Positions 20,500 to 29,068 of a stretch of DNA of 64,000 bases are shown in pieces; the first letter of the stretch is position 1; the number at the start of each line of letters is the position of its first letter. The translations under genes were made by a program, and so were the position numbers. The DNA is from Acidimicrobiia bacterium (GTDB lineage: Bacteria; Actinomycetota; Acidimicrobiia; Acidimicrobiales; JANYDT01), in the NCBI GenBank assembly GCA_031423635.1, contig JANPFX010000083.1, forward strand, positions 5,108 to 69,107, read 5' to 3'. Under the pieces are notes generated by a model. It made no database searches. It was not told where the DNA came from and saw only the letters and a list, made by a program, of their open reading frames with translations.

Positions 20500-20516
20500 A
20501 TGGCAAAGCTTGCCAT
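20500..20516. promoter_or_regulatory. palindrome ATGGCAA-AGC-TTGCCAT upstream of parD
   Basis: Read directly. It lies 20 nt upstream of the parD ATG, which fits an autoregulatory operator. Confidence 0.45.
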
Positions 20517-20604
20517 CCCTTCCACCCCGAATCGACACCCCGGTGGGTTGACAAGACACGAAGTCGAGGGGCGGCAGGTGTGTCTTCGTCAATGGCCTCT
20601 CGGA

Positions 20605-20817
20605 TCACGGCACGGCCGGACGCAACAAGCGATTTGATCCGTTTGTCGGCGATGTCGCAACGAGGTCGGAGCCGATCACGCTGGCGAGCTTCTCGAGCGT
20701 TTCGAGGGTCGGTCGGACTCCGCCTCGTTCCAAGCGAGCAATCGCGGATTGTGTCGTGCCCATTCGTTCGGCGAGTTCGGCCTGCGTGAACCCTGCGTCG
20801 GTACGGATCCGGTGCAC
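20605..20817 (-). CDS. XRE-family helix-turn-helix protein (possibly 5'-truncated or non-canonical start)
   Basis: GFTQAELAERMGTTQSAIARLERGG is an HTH_3 signature. The frame stays open upstream as far as the tRNA, with no ATG/GTG/TTG. Confidence 0.7.
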   Translation of the reverse strand: MHRIRTDAGFTQAELAERMGTTQSAIARLERGGVRPTLETLEKLASVIGSDLVATSPTNGSNRLLRPAVP

Positions 20818-20938
20818 GAGAGCGCGGAACGCCGAGACCCGCGCTTCGCCGTCGTTCGCCGCTTGGCCTTGCTTGGTCAGCGGGGTGCGGCCTTTGCGTT
20901 CGGTCCAGCTGGTTCGGCTGCCTTCGCTGGCACCGATC

Positions 20939-21013
20939 TGGAGCCGAGTGTCAGATTTGAACTGACGACCTGCTGTTTACAAGACAGCTGCTCTACCCCT
21001 GAGCTAACCCGGC
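20939..21013 (-). tRNA. tRNA-Thr (anticodon TGT), CCA encoded
   Basis: Folded by hand: GCCGGGT TA GCTC AGGGGTA GAGC A GCTGT CTTGTAA ACAGC AGGTC GTCAG TTCAAAT CTGAC ACTCGGC T CCA. All four stems pair (one G-U). Confidence 0.9.
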
Positions 21014-21042
21014 GAGGTTGATCCCAATCGTAGAACCGTGGT

Positions 21043-22182
21043 TCAGACCCGGTGGCGACCCATCTCGAACATCGCCACTGCGCCGGCGACGCTGGCATTG
21101 AGCGACGGGAGCGCCCCGCGCAGCTGTATCCGGGCAATCGAATCGCACCGGGCGCGCACAAGGCGGGAAAGCCCTGATCCTTCTGCTCCGATGACGATGA
21201 CGAGCGGCTCGTCACCCAGGTGAGCCAGCGAATACAGGTCGTCGGGACCGTCGGCGTCGAGACCGACGATCCACGCGCCGGCCTTCTTCGCATCGAGCAT
21301 CGCCGTGGGCAGCCCGCCGACGAGGGCCATCGGCACCCGCTCGACAGCTCCGGCCGCAGCCTTTGTCACCGTCGGGGTGACGTGCACCGCCCGGTGCCGT
21401 GGAAGTACGACTCCGGTGATGCCCGCGCCATCAGCGCTACGAAGGAGCGCTCCGAGGTTCTGGGGATCGGTGACCTGATCGACGAAGAGGAGGAACGGCA
21501 GCCGTCCGCCGCGAGGCCGCAGCATGTCGTCGAACTCCATCTCGGCGATCTCGTCGGCGAACGCCAGCACACCCTGCGGCGCCTCCGTTCGCGCCTCCGC
21601 GAAAAGTTGGTCGCGGGTGACGACCCGCACCGGCACTCGCCCTTCACCGGCGAGTTGTTCGATCTCCGCGAGGATCGGCGAATCGTCGGACCCATCAGCC
21701 ATCCAGACCTCGCGCACGCGGCGGCGACCGGCAAGGAGGAGTTCGCGTACCGCCTGGCGTCCTTCGACCTGATCGCCCCCCAGGCCGCGGGGTGCGCGTG
21801 GGCGCAGCGGGGCACCCATGGCCGCCGTACTGCGTGATCCGCGCGGTGGCTTCCCGCCGAAGCTCCCGGGCCCGGGTCGTGTGGAACGACCGCCGGGAGC
21901 ACGGCTTCCCGGAGCCCGCCCCGATCCGCCGAGCGAACCCGTTCCCGACGGCCGGGCTGCGCCAGCGTCCCGGGGAGCACCCGCGGACGATCCGCCGCGA
22001 CTCGTTCCTCGAGGTGCCGCATCGGATCCTCGCGACCCTCCTGTCGCGCCACCACGCGGACCAGCCGGAGCGTCTCTCGGCCCCCCACGCGAGGTCCCGC
22101 CTGACGCACCACCGCGGCCCGGCGCCCCTCGTGTGGTTCCGGTCTTGGGTGCGCGGTCGGGCCGCTGTCCTCCGCGATTCAT
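21043..22182 (-). CDS. rlmB: 23S rRNA (guanosine-2'-O)-methyltransferase RlmB (SpoU/TrmH family) with Arg/Gly-rich N-terminal extension
   Basis: GRQAVRELLLAG...QGVLAF...VTDPQNLGALLRSADGAGITGVVLP...IVIGAEGSGLSRLVRARCD...LPSLNASVAGAVAMFE. The start was set at MNRGGQ (22182). Confidence 0.88.
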   Translation of the reverse strand: MNRGGQRPDRAPKTGTTRGAPGRGGASGGTSRGGPRDAPAGPRGGATGGSRGSDAAPRGTSRGGSSAGAPRDAGAARPSGTGSLGGSGRAPGSRAPGGRSTRPGPGSFGGKPPRGSRSTAAMGAPLRPRAPRGLGGDQVEGRQAVRELLLAGRRRVREVWMADGSDDSPILAEIEQLAGEGRVPVRVVTRDQLFAEARTEAPQGVLAFADEIAEMEFDDMLRPRGGRLPFLLFVDQVTDPQNLGALLRSADGAGITGVVLPRHRAVHVTPTVTKAAAGAVERVPMALVGGLPTAMLDAKKAGAWIVGLDADGPDDLYSLAHLGDEPLVIVIGAEGSGLSRLVRARCDSIARIQLRGALPSLNASVAGAVAMFEMGRHRV

Positions 22183-22407
22183 GGCCCCGACGCTACTGGG
22201 CGCTTTCCATGCCGGTCCCCGCTCGTCTGGTGAGCGAAACCTTCGAGGGTGTCTCGACGCCTCACGCGCACATCGGGCGGGTTTCACGCGCACATCGCCG
22301 TCGCGGCGCGGCAAATCGGACGGGATGACCCGAGGTGCGCGTGGAAACAGCTGATCTGCGCGTGAATCGCCCACCGGTACGCGCCTCAGCAGCAGCACGG
22401 CCCACGC

Positions 22408-23661
22408 TCAGGTCGGACGGGGCACCGCAGCGCGGCGCTCCCGTTCGGCCAGCGCCGACGGGTTGGTCCGGTCGTCGTAGTGCCAGAAGTCGTGCAGCCC
22501 GCGGCCGACGGCGAGCGAACCCACGCTGCACGCCACTCCACCGCTGACGATGCCCCCGGCCACCCCGAAGAGCCGAGCGGCCACTCCGGATTCGACGCCG
22601 CCGAGCGTCGGCCCGACCGAGTAGCTGACCATCTCGATCCCGGCGAGGCGCCCCCGTACGTCGTCGGGAATGGTCTGGTTCCAGATCGTCTGACGAAACA
22701 CCCCCGACACCGCGTCAGCGGCACCGGCGAAGACGAAGCAGCTGAACGCCGCGAGCAGGGTCGGCGAGAGGCCCATGCCCACGACACCGGCACCCCAGGC
22801 CACCGCGGCCAGGGCGATGGCGCGACCGTGACGGTGGACGCTCGTGGTCCATCCCGTCGTGAGCGACGCGATTCCTGCGCCGATCACCGGGGCCGCGCTG
22901 AGCAGTCCGTAGGCGCTGGCGTCGCCGAACTTCTTCGAGAATGCCGGAAGGAGCGCGAGCGGCATCCCGAAGAACGTCGCGACGATATCGACCACGTAGG
23001 TCCCGAGCAACTCCTGACGACTTCGCGCGTACCGCAACCCCGTTCTGATCGAACCGAGCCCGATCGGTTCGGCGCTCTCCCGACGCGGAGTGGCCACCAC
23101 CCCGAGGAACAGCGCGAGGGCCGGGAGCACGGTGGCCGCATCGACGAGATAGACCGCAGTCACCCCGAAGGCATCGATCAGGACACCGCCGACGAGCATC
23201 CCGAGCAGGAACGCCGTGGACCATCGGAGTTGATTGAGACGGGCGAGGGCACCGACTTCGTCGTGGGCGACGATTCGAGCGAACGAGGCCTCGAGTGCAG
23301 GTCGCTGGATCCCGTCGATGATCGAGAGCAGCACGACCACGACGAAGATCATCGGCACCGGTACCCGGTCGCTGGCACCGATCGCGGCCAGGGCGAGGGC
23401 ACACGCCATCAGCGAGAGTTCGCCACCGATGATGAGGCGGCGCCGGTCGAGCGCGTCGGCGAGCGCACCGCCGAGAAGGGCGCTGAACACGAGCGGGACT
23501 GCCTCGGCCAGACCGAGCAACCCCACGATCAGCGAACTTCCCGTTCGTTCGTAGACGTGGAACGGCACCGCGATGAAGGTGGCCGCCGATCCGATCCGCG
23601 AGATGAACAGCCCCAGCCAGAGCCGACGGATGTCCGGATGACGAAGCGGTCGGAGATCCAC
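22408..23661 (-). CDS. MFS transporter
   Basis: About 12 predicted TM segments, with DIRRLWLGLFISRIGSAATFIAVPFHVY and the loop motif GALADALDRRRL. Confidence 0.8.
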   Translation of the reverse strand: MDLRPLRHPDIRRLWLGLFISRIGSAATFIAVPFHVYERTGSSLIVGLLGLAEAVPLVFSALLGGALADALDRRRLIIGGELSLMACALALAAIGASDRVPVPMIFVVVVLLSIIDGIQRPALEASFARIVAHDEVGALARLNQLRWSTAFLLGMLVGGVLIDAFGVTAVYLVDAATVLPALALFLGVVATPRRESAEPIGLGSIRTGLRYARSRQELLGTYVVDIVATFFGMPLALLPAFSKKFGDASAYGLLSAAPVIGAGIASLTTGWTTSVHRHGRAIALAAVAWGAGVVGMGLSPTLLAAFSCFVFAGAADAVSGVFRQTIWNQTIPDDVRGRLAGIEMVSYSVGPTLGGVESGVAARLFGVAGGIVSGGVACSVGSLAVGRGLHDFWHYDDRTNPSALAERERRAAVPRPT

Positions 23662-23670
23662 CGAGGGGAT

Positions 23671-24177
23671 CTAGCGGTCGCGGATGATCAAGGCGCTGGC
23701 AAAACACGCAATGCCTTCGCGGCGACCCAACGCGCCCAGCCCCTCGGCTCGTTTCGCCTTCACGCTTACTGGCGCATCGCACACCGCGCTCAGACGCTCT
23801 GCCATCGCCGCTCGGACCGGCGCGAGCTTCGGTGCTTCCAGGACCACCGTGGTGTCGACATTGAGCACCGACCAGCCTTCGCCGGCGAGCAACTCCACGG
23901 TGGCGGCCAGCAGACGCATCGAGTCGGCACCCTTCCACGCCGGGTCGGTGTCGGGGAAGTGCTGCCCGATGTCGCCCAAACCGGCGGCGCCCAACAACGC
24001 GTCCGTGACGGCGTGGGCAATGGCGTCCGCGTCGCTGTGTCCGACGAGACCGCGCTCGCCCTCCAGCACCACGCCGCCCAGGATCAACCGCCTGGATGGG
24101 TCGTCGGAGAACGGGTGGATGTCGAATCCCTGTCCGACGCGCAGGTCCGAAACGTCGCTCCTCCTATCGGGCGTCAT
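23671..24177 (-). CDS. ispF: 2-C-methyl-D-erythritol 2,4-cyclodiphosphate synthase
   Basis: RVGQGFDIHPF...LGGVVLEGERGLVGHSDADAIAHAVTDALLGAAGLGDIGQHFPDTDPAWKGADS. The start is MTPDRR (24177). Confidence 0.93.
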   Translation of the reverse strand: MTPDRRSDVSDLRVGQGFDIHPFSDDPSRRLILGGVVLEGERGLVGHSDADAIAHAVTDALLGAAGLGDIGQHFPDTDPAWKGADSMRLLAATVELLAGEGWSVLNVDTTVVLEAPKLAPVRAAMAERLSAVCDAPVSVKAKRAEGLGALGRREGIACFASALIIRDR

Positions 24178-24191
24178 CGGGCAACCACCGT

Positions 24192-24899
24192 TTACCGGTA
24201 CTGTTCCGCAATCGTGTCGAGTTGCGCCCGCAACCAAGTGAGATCTTCATCGGTTGTCACCTTACGAGCGAGTGGGTCGCCGGGCACGACGACGACGAGT
24301 CCCCCCGAAGCTTCGACCAGGGCAGCGTCATCGGTTGCCTCTCCGCCGGCCGCATGGACTCGTCGGAGGACCGCGGCCCGGAAGGCTTGTGGCGTCTGCA
24401 CCGCCATCAGCGAAGCGCGATCCGGTGTTTCCAGCACCACCCCGGTGCGATCGACCCGCTTCACCGTGTCGGTCACCGACAGACCCGGGACCGCTGCATC
24501 GGCGCCTGCATCGATCGCCGCGAGAAGCCGGGAAAGGACCGCGCCGGGCACGAGGGGCCGCGCCGCGTCGTGCACGAGGATGATCTCCGCGTCGGACCCG
24601 ACGGCGGCGAGCCCGGCGCGAACGGAATCGGACCGCGTCGCCCCTCCGGCGACGACGAGCGCCGCGTTGGTTCCGTGATTGCCCAGGCGATCGGGTGCGA
24701 CGACCAGAACGACACGGTCACCGCACACTGACCGGACGAGAGACAACGACCAGTCAACGACACGCCCAGACCCCAAGGAAAGGTATTGCTTGGCAACGGC
24801 ACCTCCGAACCGGGCACCGGTCCCGCCCGCCACGACGATCGACCACACGCCGGCGCGCTCGGTCGCTCGCCTGCCTGCCAGCCAGCGATGGTCGGTCAC
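24192..24899 (-). CDS. ispD: 2-C-methyl-D-erythritol 4-phosphate cytidylyltransferase
   Basis: VVAGGTGARFG...KQYL...ILVHDAARPLV...AVPGLSVTDTVK...MAVQTPQAF. An alternative start is the GTG at 24848. Confidence 0.9.
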   Translation of the reverse strand: MTDHRWLAGRRATERAGVWSIVVAGGTGARFGGAVAKQYLSLGSGRVVDWSLSLVRSVCGDRVVLVVAPDRLGNHGTNAALVVAGGATRSDSVRAGLAAVGSDAEIILVHDAARPLVPGAVLSRLLAAIDAGADAAVPGLSVTDTVKRVDRTGVVLETPDRASLMAVQTPQAFRAAVLRRVHAAGGEATDDAALVEASGGLVVVVPGDPLARKVTTDEDLTWLRAQLDTIAEQYR

Positions 24900-24926
24900 G
24901 GGCGATGACGGCCGTACGGGCCGGCC

Positions 24927-25409
24927 TCAGGCCAGGGCGTCGGAGAGTTTCTTCTCGGCCGTTTCCTCATCGACGTTCAACGCAAACGTGAGCTCGGAGA
25001 CGAGGATCTGGCGAGCCTTCACGAGCATGCGCTTCTCGCCGGCCGAGAGGCCCTTGTCCTTGTCGCGGATCGACAGGTTCCGAACCACTTCGGCGACCTG
25101 GTAAATATCGCCGGACTTCAGCTTCTCCACGTGGTTCTTGAAGCGCCGCGACCAGTTGGTCGGCATGCGGGCTTCTTTCTTGGACAGCACCGCGAACACT
25201 TCCTCGACCTCTTCGTCGTTGATCACGTCGCGCAGGCCAACCTTTTCGACGTTCTCGGCGGGTACCGAAAGCGTCAGATCTCCGTACGCCACCTTCAGCA
25301 CGAGGTACTCGCGCTCTTCACCATTGATGGTGCGCTTCTCCCGTCGTTCGATGATGGCTGCACCGTGGTGCGGGTAGACGACCTTGTCGCCGACGTCAAA
25401 CGTCGTCAT
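24927..25409 (-). CDS. carD: CarD-family RNA polymerase-binding transcription factor
   Basis: [62 protein letters not shown]...[17 protein letters not shown]. Confidence 0.95.
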   Translation of the reverse strand: MTTFDVGDKVVYPHHGAAIIERREKRTINGEEREYLVLKVAYGDLTLSVPAENVEKVGLRDVINDEEVEEVFAVLSKKEARMPTNWSRRFKNHVEKLKSGDIYQVAEVVRNLSIRDKDKGLSAGEKRMLVKARQILVSELTFALNVDEETAEKKLSDALA

Positions 25410-25600
25410 GGAGCGGCTCCTGATTGGGGACCACTTGTGCCGCGAACAGCGAGAACACAAGAACTAGCGGCTTGCCAGTCTACCGGAACGGCGGAAGTTC
25501 CCGAGACGTTGTGGCGCAGGGGTCGCCGAGCCGTCCCAGCCGGCGCAGTTTGTGGCTGTCGTCACATCATCGAACGGAGGTCCGAAGTAGCCTGTCACGC

Positions 25601-26260
25601 GTGGTCCATCCCGACGCTCTCCGATCGAACGAATTCTTCGCCGGTTTCGACGAAGAAGCGCTGTCCACCTTGGGTTCCGCAGCGCGAAAGACCACCCACC
25701 ACCGCGGTGACTACGTGTTCAAGGAGACCGATCCGGCAAACGAGCTCTTCCTCGTGCTGTCCGGACGCATCGCCATCGCCAACACCTCGTCGGATGGACG
25801 CGAATCGGTGCTCGCGCTCATGGGACCCGGTGACCTGTTCGGCGAGATGGCCCTCTTCGACGACACCGGACGGTCGGCCGGGGCCCGCGCCCTCGAAACG
25901 TCAGATGTCGTTTCCGTCCCCTTCAGCGTTTTGCGCGCCTACCTCGAAGGCGATACCAAAGCGCTGTGGAGCGTGCTCGGGCTCCTCGTGCGCCGCCTCC
26001 GCGCCGCCGACGAAGCCTTGGCCGACTCGGTGTTCTTGGATGTGACCGGCCGAACCGCCAAGCGGCTCCTCGAGATCGCCGGCGACAACGACGAGTTCAC
26101 CCTCCCGATCACCCAGGAGGAACTGGCCGGGATGATCGGTGCGTCTCGCGAGCGGGTGAACAAAGCGATCGCCGCGTTCGTCCGACTCGGTTGGCTCGAC
26201 CAACGCGAGCGCACCTACCGCATCGTCGATCGCCGCAAGCTGACCATGCGCTCCACCTGA
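25601..26260 (+). CDS. crp: Crp/Fnr-family transcriptional regulator
   Basis: A cNMP-binding domain (ELFLVLSGRIAIA...GPGDLFGEMALFD) is followed by a C-terminal HTH (QEELAGMIGASRERVNKAIAAFVRLGWL). The start is approximate (GTG at 25601). Confidence 0.88.
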   Translation: MVHPDALRSNEFFAGFDEEALSTLGSAARKTTHHRGDYVFKETDPANELFLVLSGRIAIANTSSDGRESVLALMGPGDLFGEMALFDDTGRSAGARALETSDVVSVPFSVLRAYLEGDTKALWSVLGLLVRRLRAADEALADSVFLDVTGRTAKRLLEIAGDNDEFTLPITQEELAGMIGASRERVNKAIAAFVRLGWLDQRERTYRIVDRRKLTMRST

Positions 26261-26282
26261 GCGCATCGCAACGCACCACGGC

Positions 26283-27326
26283 TCAGCCGAGGCTCGACGC
26301 CTCCAGTATTCGGGCGAGGCCCTCGCGGATCTTGCGGGCGCGGACCTCACCGACGCCATCGACTTGGGTCAGACCGACAACGCTTGCCTGCACCAATTTG
26401 GGGAGGCCGCCGAAGTGCTCGGCGACCTCGGCGATCACGGTGTCGTTGAGGCGAGGGATTCGCGCCAGCACCCGGTAGCCCTTCGGCACGAGCACGCCCC
26501 GAGTCCCTGTCGGGGTGCGTTCCCCGTGCCAGATCACGTCGATGACCTCGTCGAGGTCGAGCAGGTTCTCGGTGGACAATCCTGCAAGCCTGTCGATGCC
26601 GGGGAGGCGGTAGTCCTTGGCCAGGAACTCACGCTCGCGGTCGACGCCAGCGAGAAGCTCGCTCAGCTGAAGCTCCACGAGGCGGCCGTCATCACCGAGC
26701 TCGATCGTGAAACCACGGGTCTCCTCACCGAGACGACGCACCATCTCCACCCGCTGCAGCGCGACCGCCAGCTCGCGTTTCGTGACGTGTCCGTCGAGCT
26801 CGTGATTCGTAAGCGTACTTAACACAGCGTCGAGGCGGTTGCGGTAGCGCTCGAGCGTGGCGAGCGCCTGCGAGGACCGGTCGAGCACGTCGCTGATCGG
26901 TTCGATCTGATGGCGCTGATCGGCCCGGTAGACGGTGATGACGGACATCTCCTCCGAGGCCGCCACCACCGGCACGTCGACCGACCGGGCGACGCGCTCA
27001 GCCGTACGGTGCCGAGTTCCGGTCTCGACCGTGGCCGTTCGCGGGTCGGGCAGGAGATGTACGTTCGCCCTCGCGATCCGCGACGCGTCGGACGACAAGA
27101 TGATGGCACCGTCCATCTTGGCGAGCTCGGAAAGCCGCTGCGGCGAGTACTCCGCGTCGAGCAGGAAGCCACCCGAGCAGATCGCCAGGACATCGGGCCC
27201 GTCGCCGACTACGACGAGCGCCCCGGTCTTCGCCCGGAGGATGCGATCAAGTCCTTCGCGGAGCGGTCGGCCCGGGGCCACGAGACGAACGGCTCCCTGC
27301 AACAGCGGAGACGAGAGGAGAGGCAT
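26283..27326 (-). CDS. disA: DNA integrity scanning protein DisA (diadenylate cyclase)
   Basis: TGALVVVGDG...LSELAKMDGAIILS...TGTRHRTAERVA is the DAC domain. The C-terminal HhH region is GLTQVDGVGEVRARKIREGL. Confidence 0.93.
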   Translation of the reverse strand: MPLLSSPLLQGAVRLVAPGRPLREGLDRILRAKTGALVVVGDGPDVLAICSGGFLLDAEYSPQRLSELAKMDGAIILSSDASRIARANVHLLPDPRTATVETGTRHRTAERVARSVDVPVVAASEEMSVITVYRADQRHQIEPISDVLDRSSQALATLERYRNRLDAVLSTLTNHELDGHVTKRELAVALQRVEMVRRLGEETRGFTIELGDDGRLVELQLSELLAGVDREREFLAKDYRLPGIDRLAGLSTENLLDLDEVIDVIWHGERTPTGTRGVLVPKGYRVLARIPRLNDTVIAEVAEHFGGLPKLVQASVVGLTQVDGVGEVRARKIREGLARILEASSLG

Positions 27327-27441
27327 CAGGTCGCCGAGGCTAGCGGTCCATCGCCGATTTCCGGGCTGCGGCAGAGAGTTGTTTCGTCGGGGGCAACATC
27401 ACCGTCGGACTCACCTCGCGGCGCCGACGCAGGTACGTGGG

Positions 27442-28989
27442 TCAGAAGGATTCGTGCTCATCGGCGTCGGCCAGTTCGTCGTAGCCGTCGCTCGCCCTTG
27501 CCCCGCGGCCCCCACTCCGACCCCAGGGGGCGGAATACCACGATTCGTCGCCACCGCCTCCGGCGCCGCCACGCCCCCCATTCGACGAGGAACGGCTCTT
27601 GCGCGCCACCACCGGAATGGCAAGCGAGCGCAGGGCCGAGGCGACGTCACCCACGCGATGCAGCCGCAGCCCCGGCGGAGCGTCCTTCATCGATGCGGGC
27701 ACGACCGCGGCCGTGAAACCGAGCCTGGACGCTTCCTGCAATCGCCGCTGGATGTGGGCCACCGAGCGGATCTCTCCGCCGAGGCCGATCTCGCCGACGG
27801 CGATCGTGGTGGCATCGATCGGCACCCCCGCGCTGGCCGAGGCAATGGCCAGGGCAACCGCCAAGTCGGCTGCCGGTTCGGTGAGGCGAACACCGCCCGC
27901 CGCCGACGCGAACACGTCGCACGAGCCGAGTCGGATGCCGGCGTGCTGATCGAGCACGGCGAGCAGGAGGGCAAGGCGACCGCCATCGACGCCCTGGGCA
28001 CTGCGTCGCGGCATGGCGAGCGGTGAGTCGGTCACGAGCGCCTGGGTCTCCACGAGCAGCGGACGAGCGCCTTCCATGGCACACGTGACGACGGAGCCGG
28101 CGATCCCCGCACGGCGGTCACCGAGGAACCGGGTGCTCGGATCGGCAACACCGACGAGACCTTCCTCGACCATCTCGAACAGACCGAGCTCACCGGTCGC
28201 CCCGAACCGGTGCTTCACTGCCCGCAGGAGCCGGAGGGCATGATGACGGTCGCCCTCGAACGACAGAACGGTATCGACGATGTGTTCGAGCACTCGCGGG
28301 CCCGCGAGCGATCCCTCCTTGGTGACGTGGCCGACGAGGATCACGGCGACACCGCGCCCCTTGGCGACCCGCACGAGTTGATGAGCGCACTCGCGTACCT
28401 GGGCGACGCTTCCCGGCGCAGAACTGAGCTGAGGGTCCACCATGGTCTGGATCGAGTCGACGACGAGCACGGCCGGCCGCACGTCGGCGAGGTGGCCGAG
28501 CACTTCCGGCAGCGTGGTGGTCGAAGCGAGCCAGAGCTCGCGGGGTAGCGAACCGAGGCGCTCCGCCCGTAGGCGAACCTGTTGCAGTGACTCCTCCCCG
28601 GAAACGAGGAGCGTGCGCGTGCCGCTCGAAGCCATCGACGCCAGCAGTTGGAGCAACAGCGTGGACTTCCCGATGCCCGGTTCGCCGCCGAGCACGGTGA
28701 CCGATCCCGGCACGAGCCCGCCGCCGAGCACCCGATCGACCTCGGTGTTGCCGGTCGGTCGGGCGGTCCACTCGTGGAGGCTCACGTCGCCGATCGGCGT
28801 GGCCGGCTCGGCCGGGCTTACCGCACCGCTGCCGGCAGTCATCGACGGCGGTGTGTCGAGTTCTTCGACCAACGTGTTCCAGGCTCCGCACGACGTGCAG
28901 CGGCCCGCCCACTTCGGTGCCTCTCCCCCACATTCGGAGCACCGGAACACCGTGCGCCCGCGAAACACTTTCGCGCCGGCCTTGGTCAT
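27442..28989 (-). CDS. radA: DNA repair protein RadA/Sms with unusual 54-aa C-terminal tail
   Basis: Zinc ribbon FRCSECGGEAPKWAGRCTSCGAWNT, Walker A GGEPGIGKSTLLLQ, KNRFG-like motif VKHRFG, and a Lon-like C-terminal domain. An extra Gly/Arg-rich tail ends in DGYDELADADEHESF. Confidence 0.93.
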   Translation of the reverse strand: MTKAGAKVFRGRTVFRCSECGGEAPKWAGRCTSCGAWNTLVEELDTPPSMTAGSGAVSPAEPATPIGDVSLHEWTARPTGNTEVDRVLGGGLVPGSVTVLGGEPGIGKSTLLLQLLASMASSGTRTLLVSGEESLQQVRLRAERLGSLPRELWLASTTTLPEVLGHLADVRPAVLVVDSIQTMVDPQLSSAPGSVAQVRECAHQLVRVAKGRGVAVILVGHVTKEGSLAGPRVLEHIVDTVLSFEGDRHHALRLLRAVKHRFGATGELGLFEMVEEGLVGVADPSTRFLGDRRAGIAGSVVTCAMEGARPLLVETQALVTDSPLAMPRRSAQGVDGGRLALLLAVLDQHAGIRLGSCDVFASAAGGVRLTEPAADLAVALAIASASAGVPIDATTIAVGEIGLGGEIRSVAHIQRRLQEASRLGFTAAVVPASMKDAPPGLRLHRVGDVASALRSLAIPVVARKSRSSSNGGRGGAGGGGDESWYSAPWGRSGGRGARASDGYDELADADEHESF

Positions 28990-29068
28990 GTGCAGTCCCC
29001 AAATCGCATCGGCTCAGGGTACGGGAGGGGTACGACAACGACGCGCTGCCGCCAGGCCAATGGCATCG

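Larger units (their letters stand above)
19655..21013 (-). mobile_element. decayed tRNA-Thr-integrated islet (no integrase), carrying parDE and an XRE regulator
   Basis: An intact tRNA-Thr at one end and a 42-bp copy of its 3' half at the other give the classical attL/attR geometry. The interior is about 1.24 kb with locally lower-GC spacers. Confidence 0.7.

Noticed and set aside
19697-20938. An integrase, excisionase or transposase inside the tRNA-Thr islet.
   Set aside because: All six frames were inspected through the track and by eye. Only parE, parD and the XRE gene are plausible, and there are no recombinase motifs.
21730-22182. The Arg/Gly-rich, roughly 150-aa N-terminal region of RlmB, considered as a separate or novel feature.
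   Set aside because: It is a low-complexity basic extension in frame with the methyltransferase. As I recall, such extensions are common on actinobacterial RlmB-like enzymes. It is not treated as novel.
22480-24678. A 732-aa plus-strand ORF across the MFS, ispF and ispD genes.
   Set aside because: It is antisense to three recognisable genes, with an Arg/Pro/Glu-rich composition. It is a shadow ORF.
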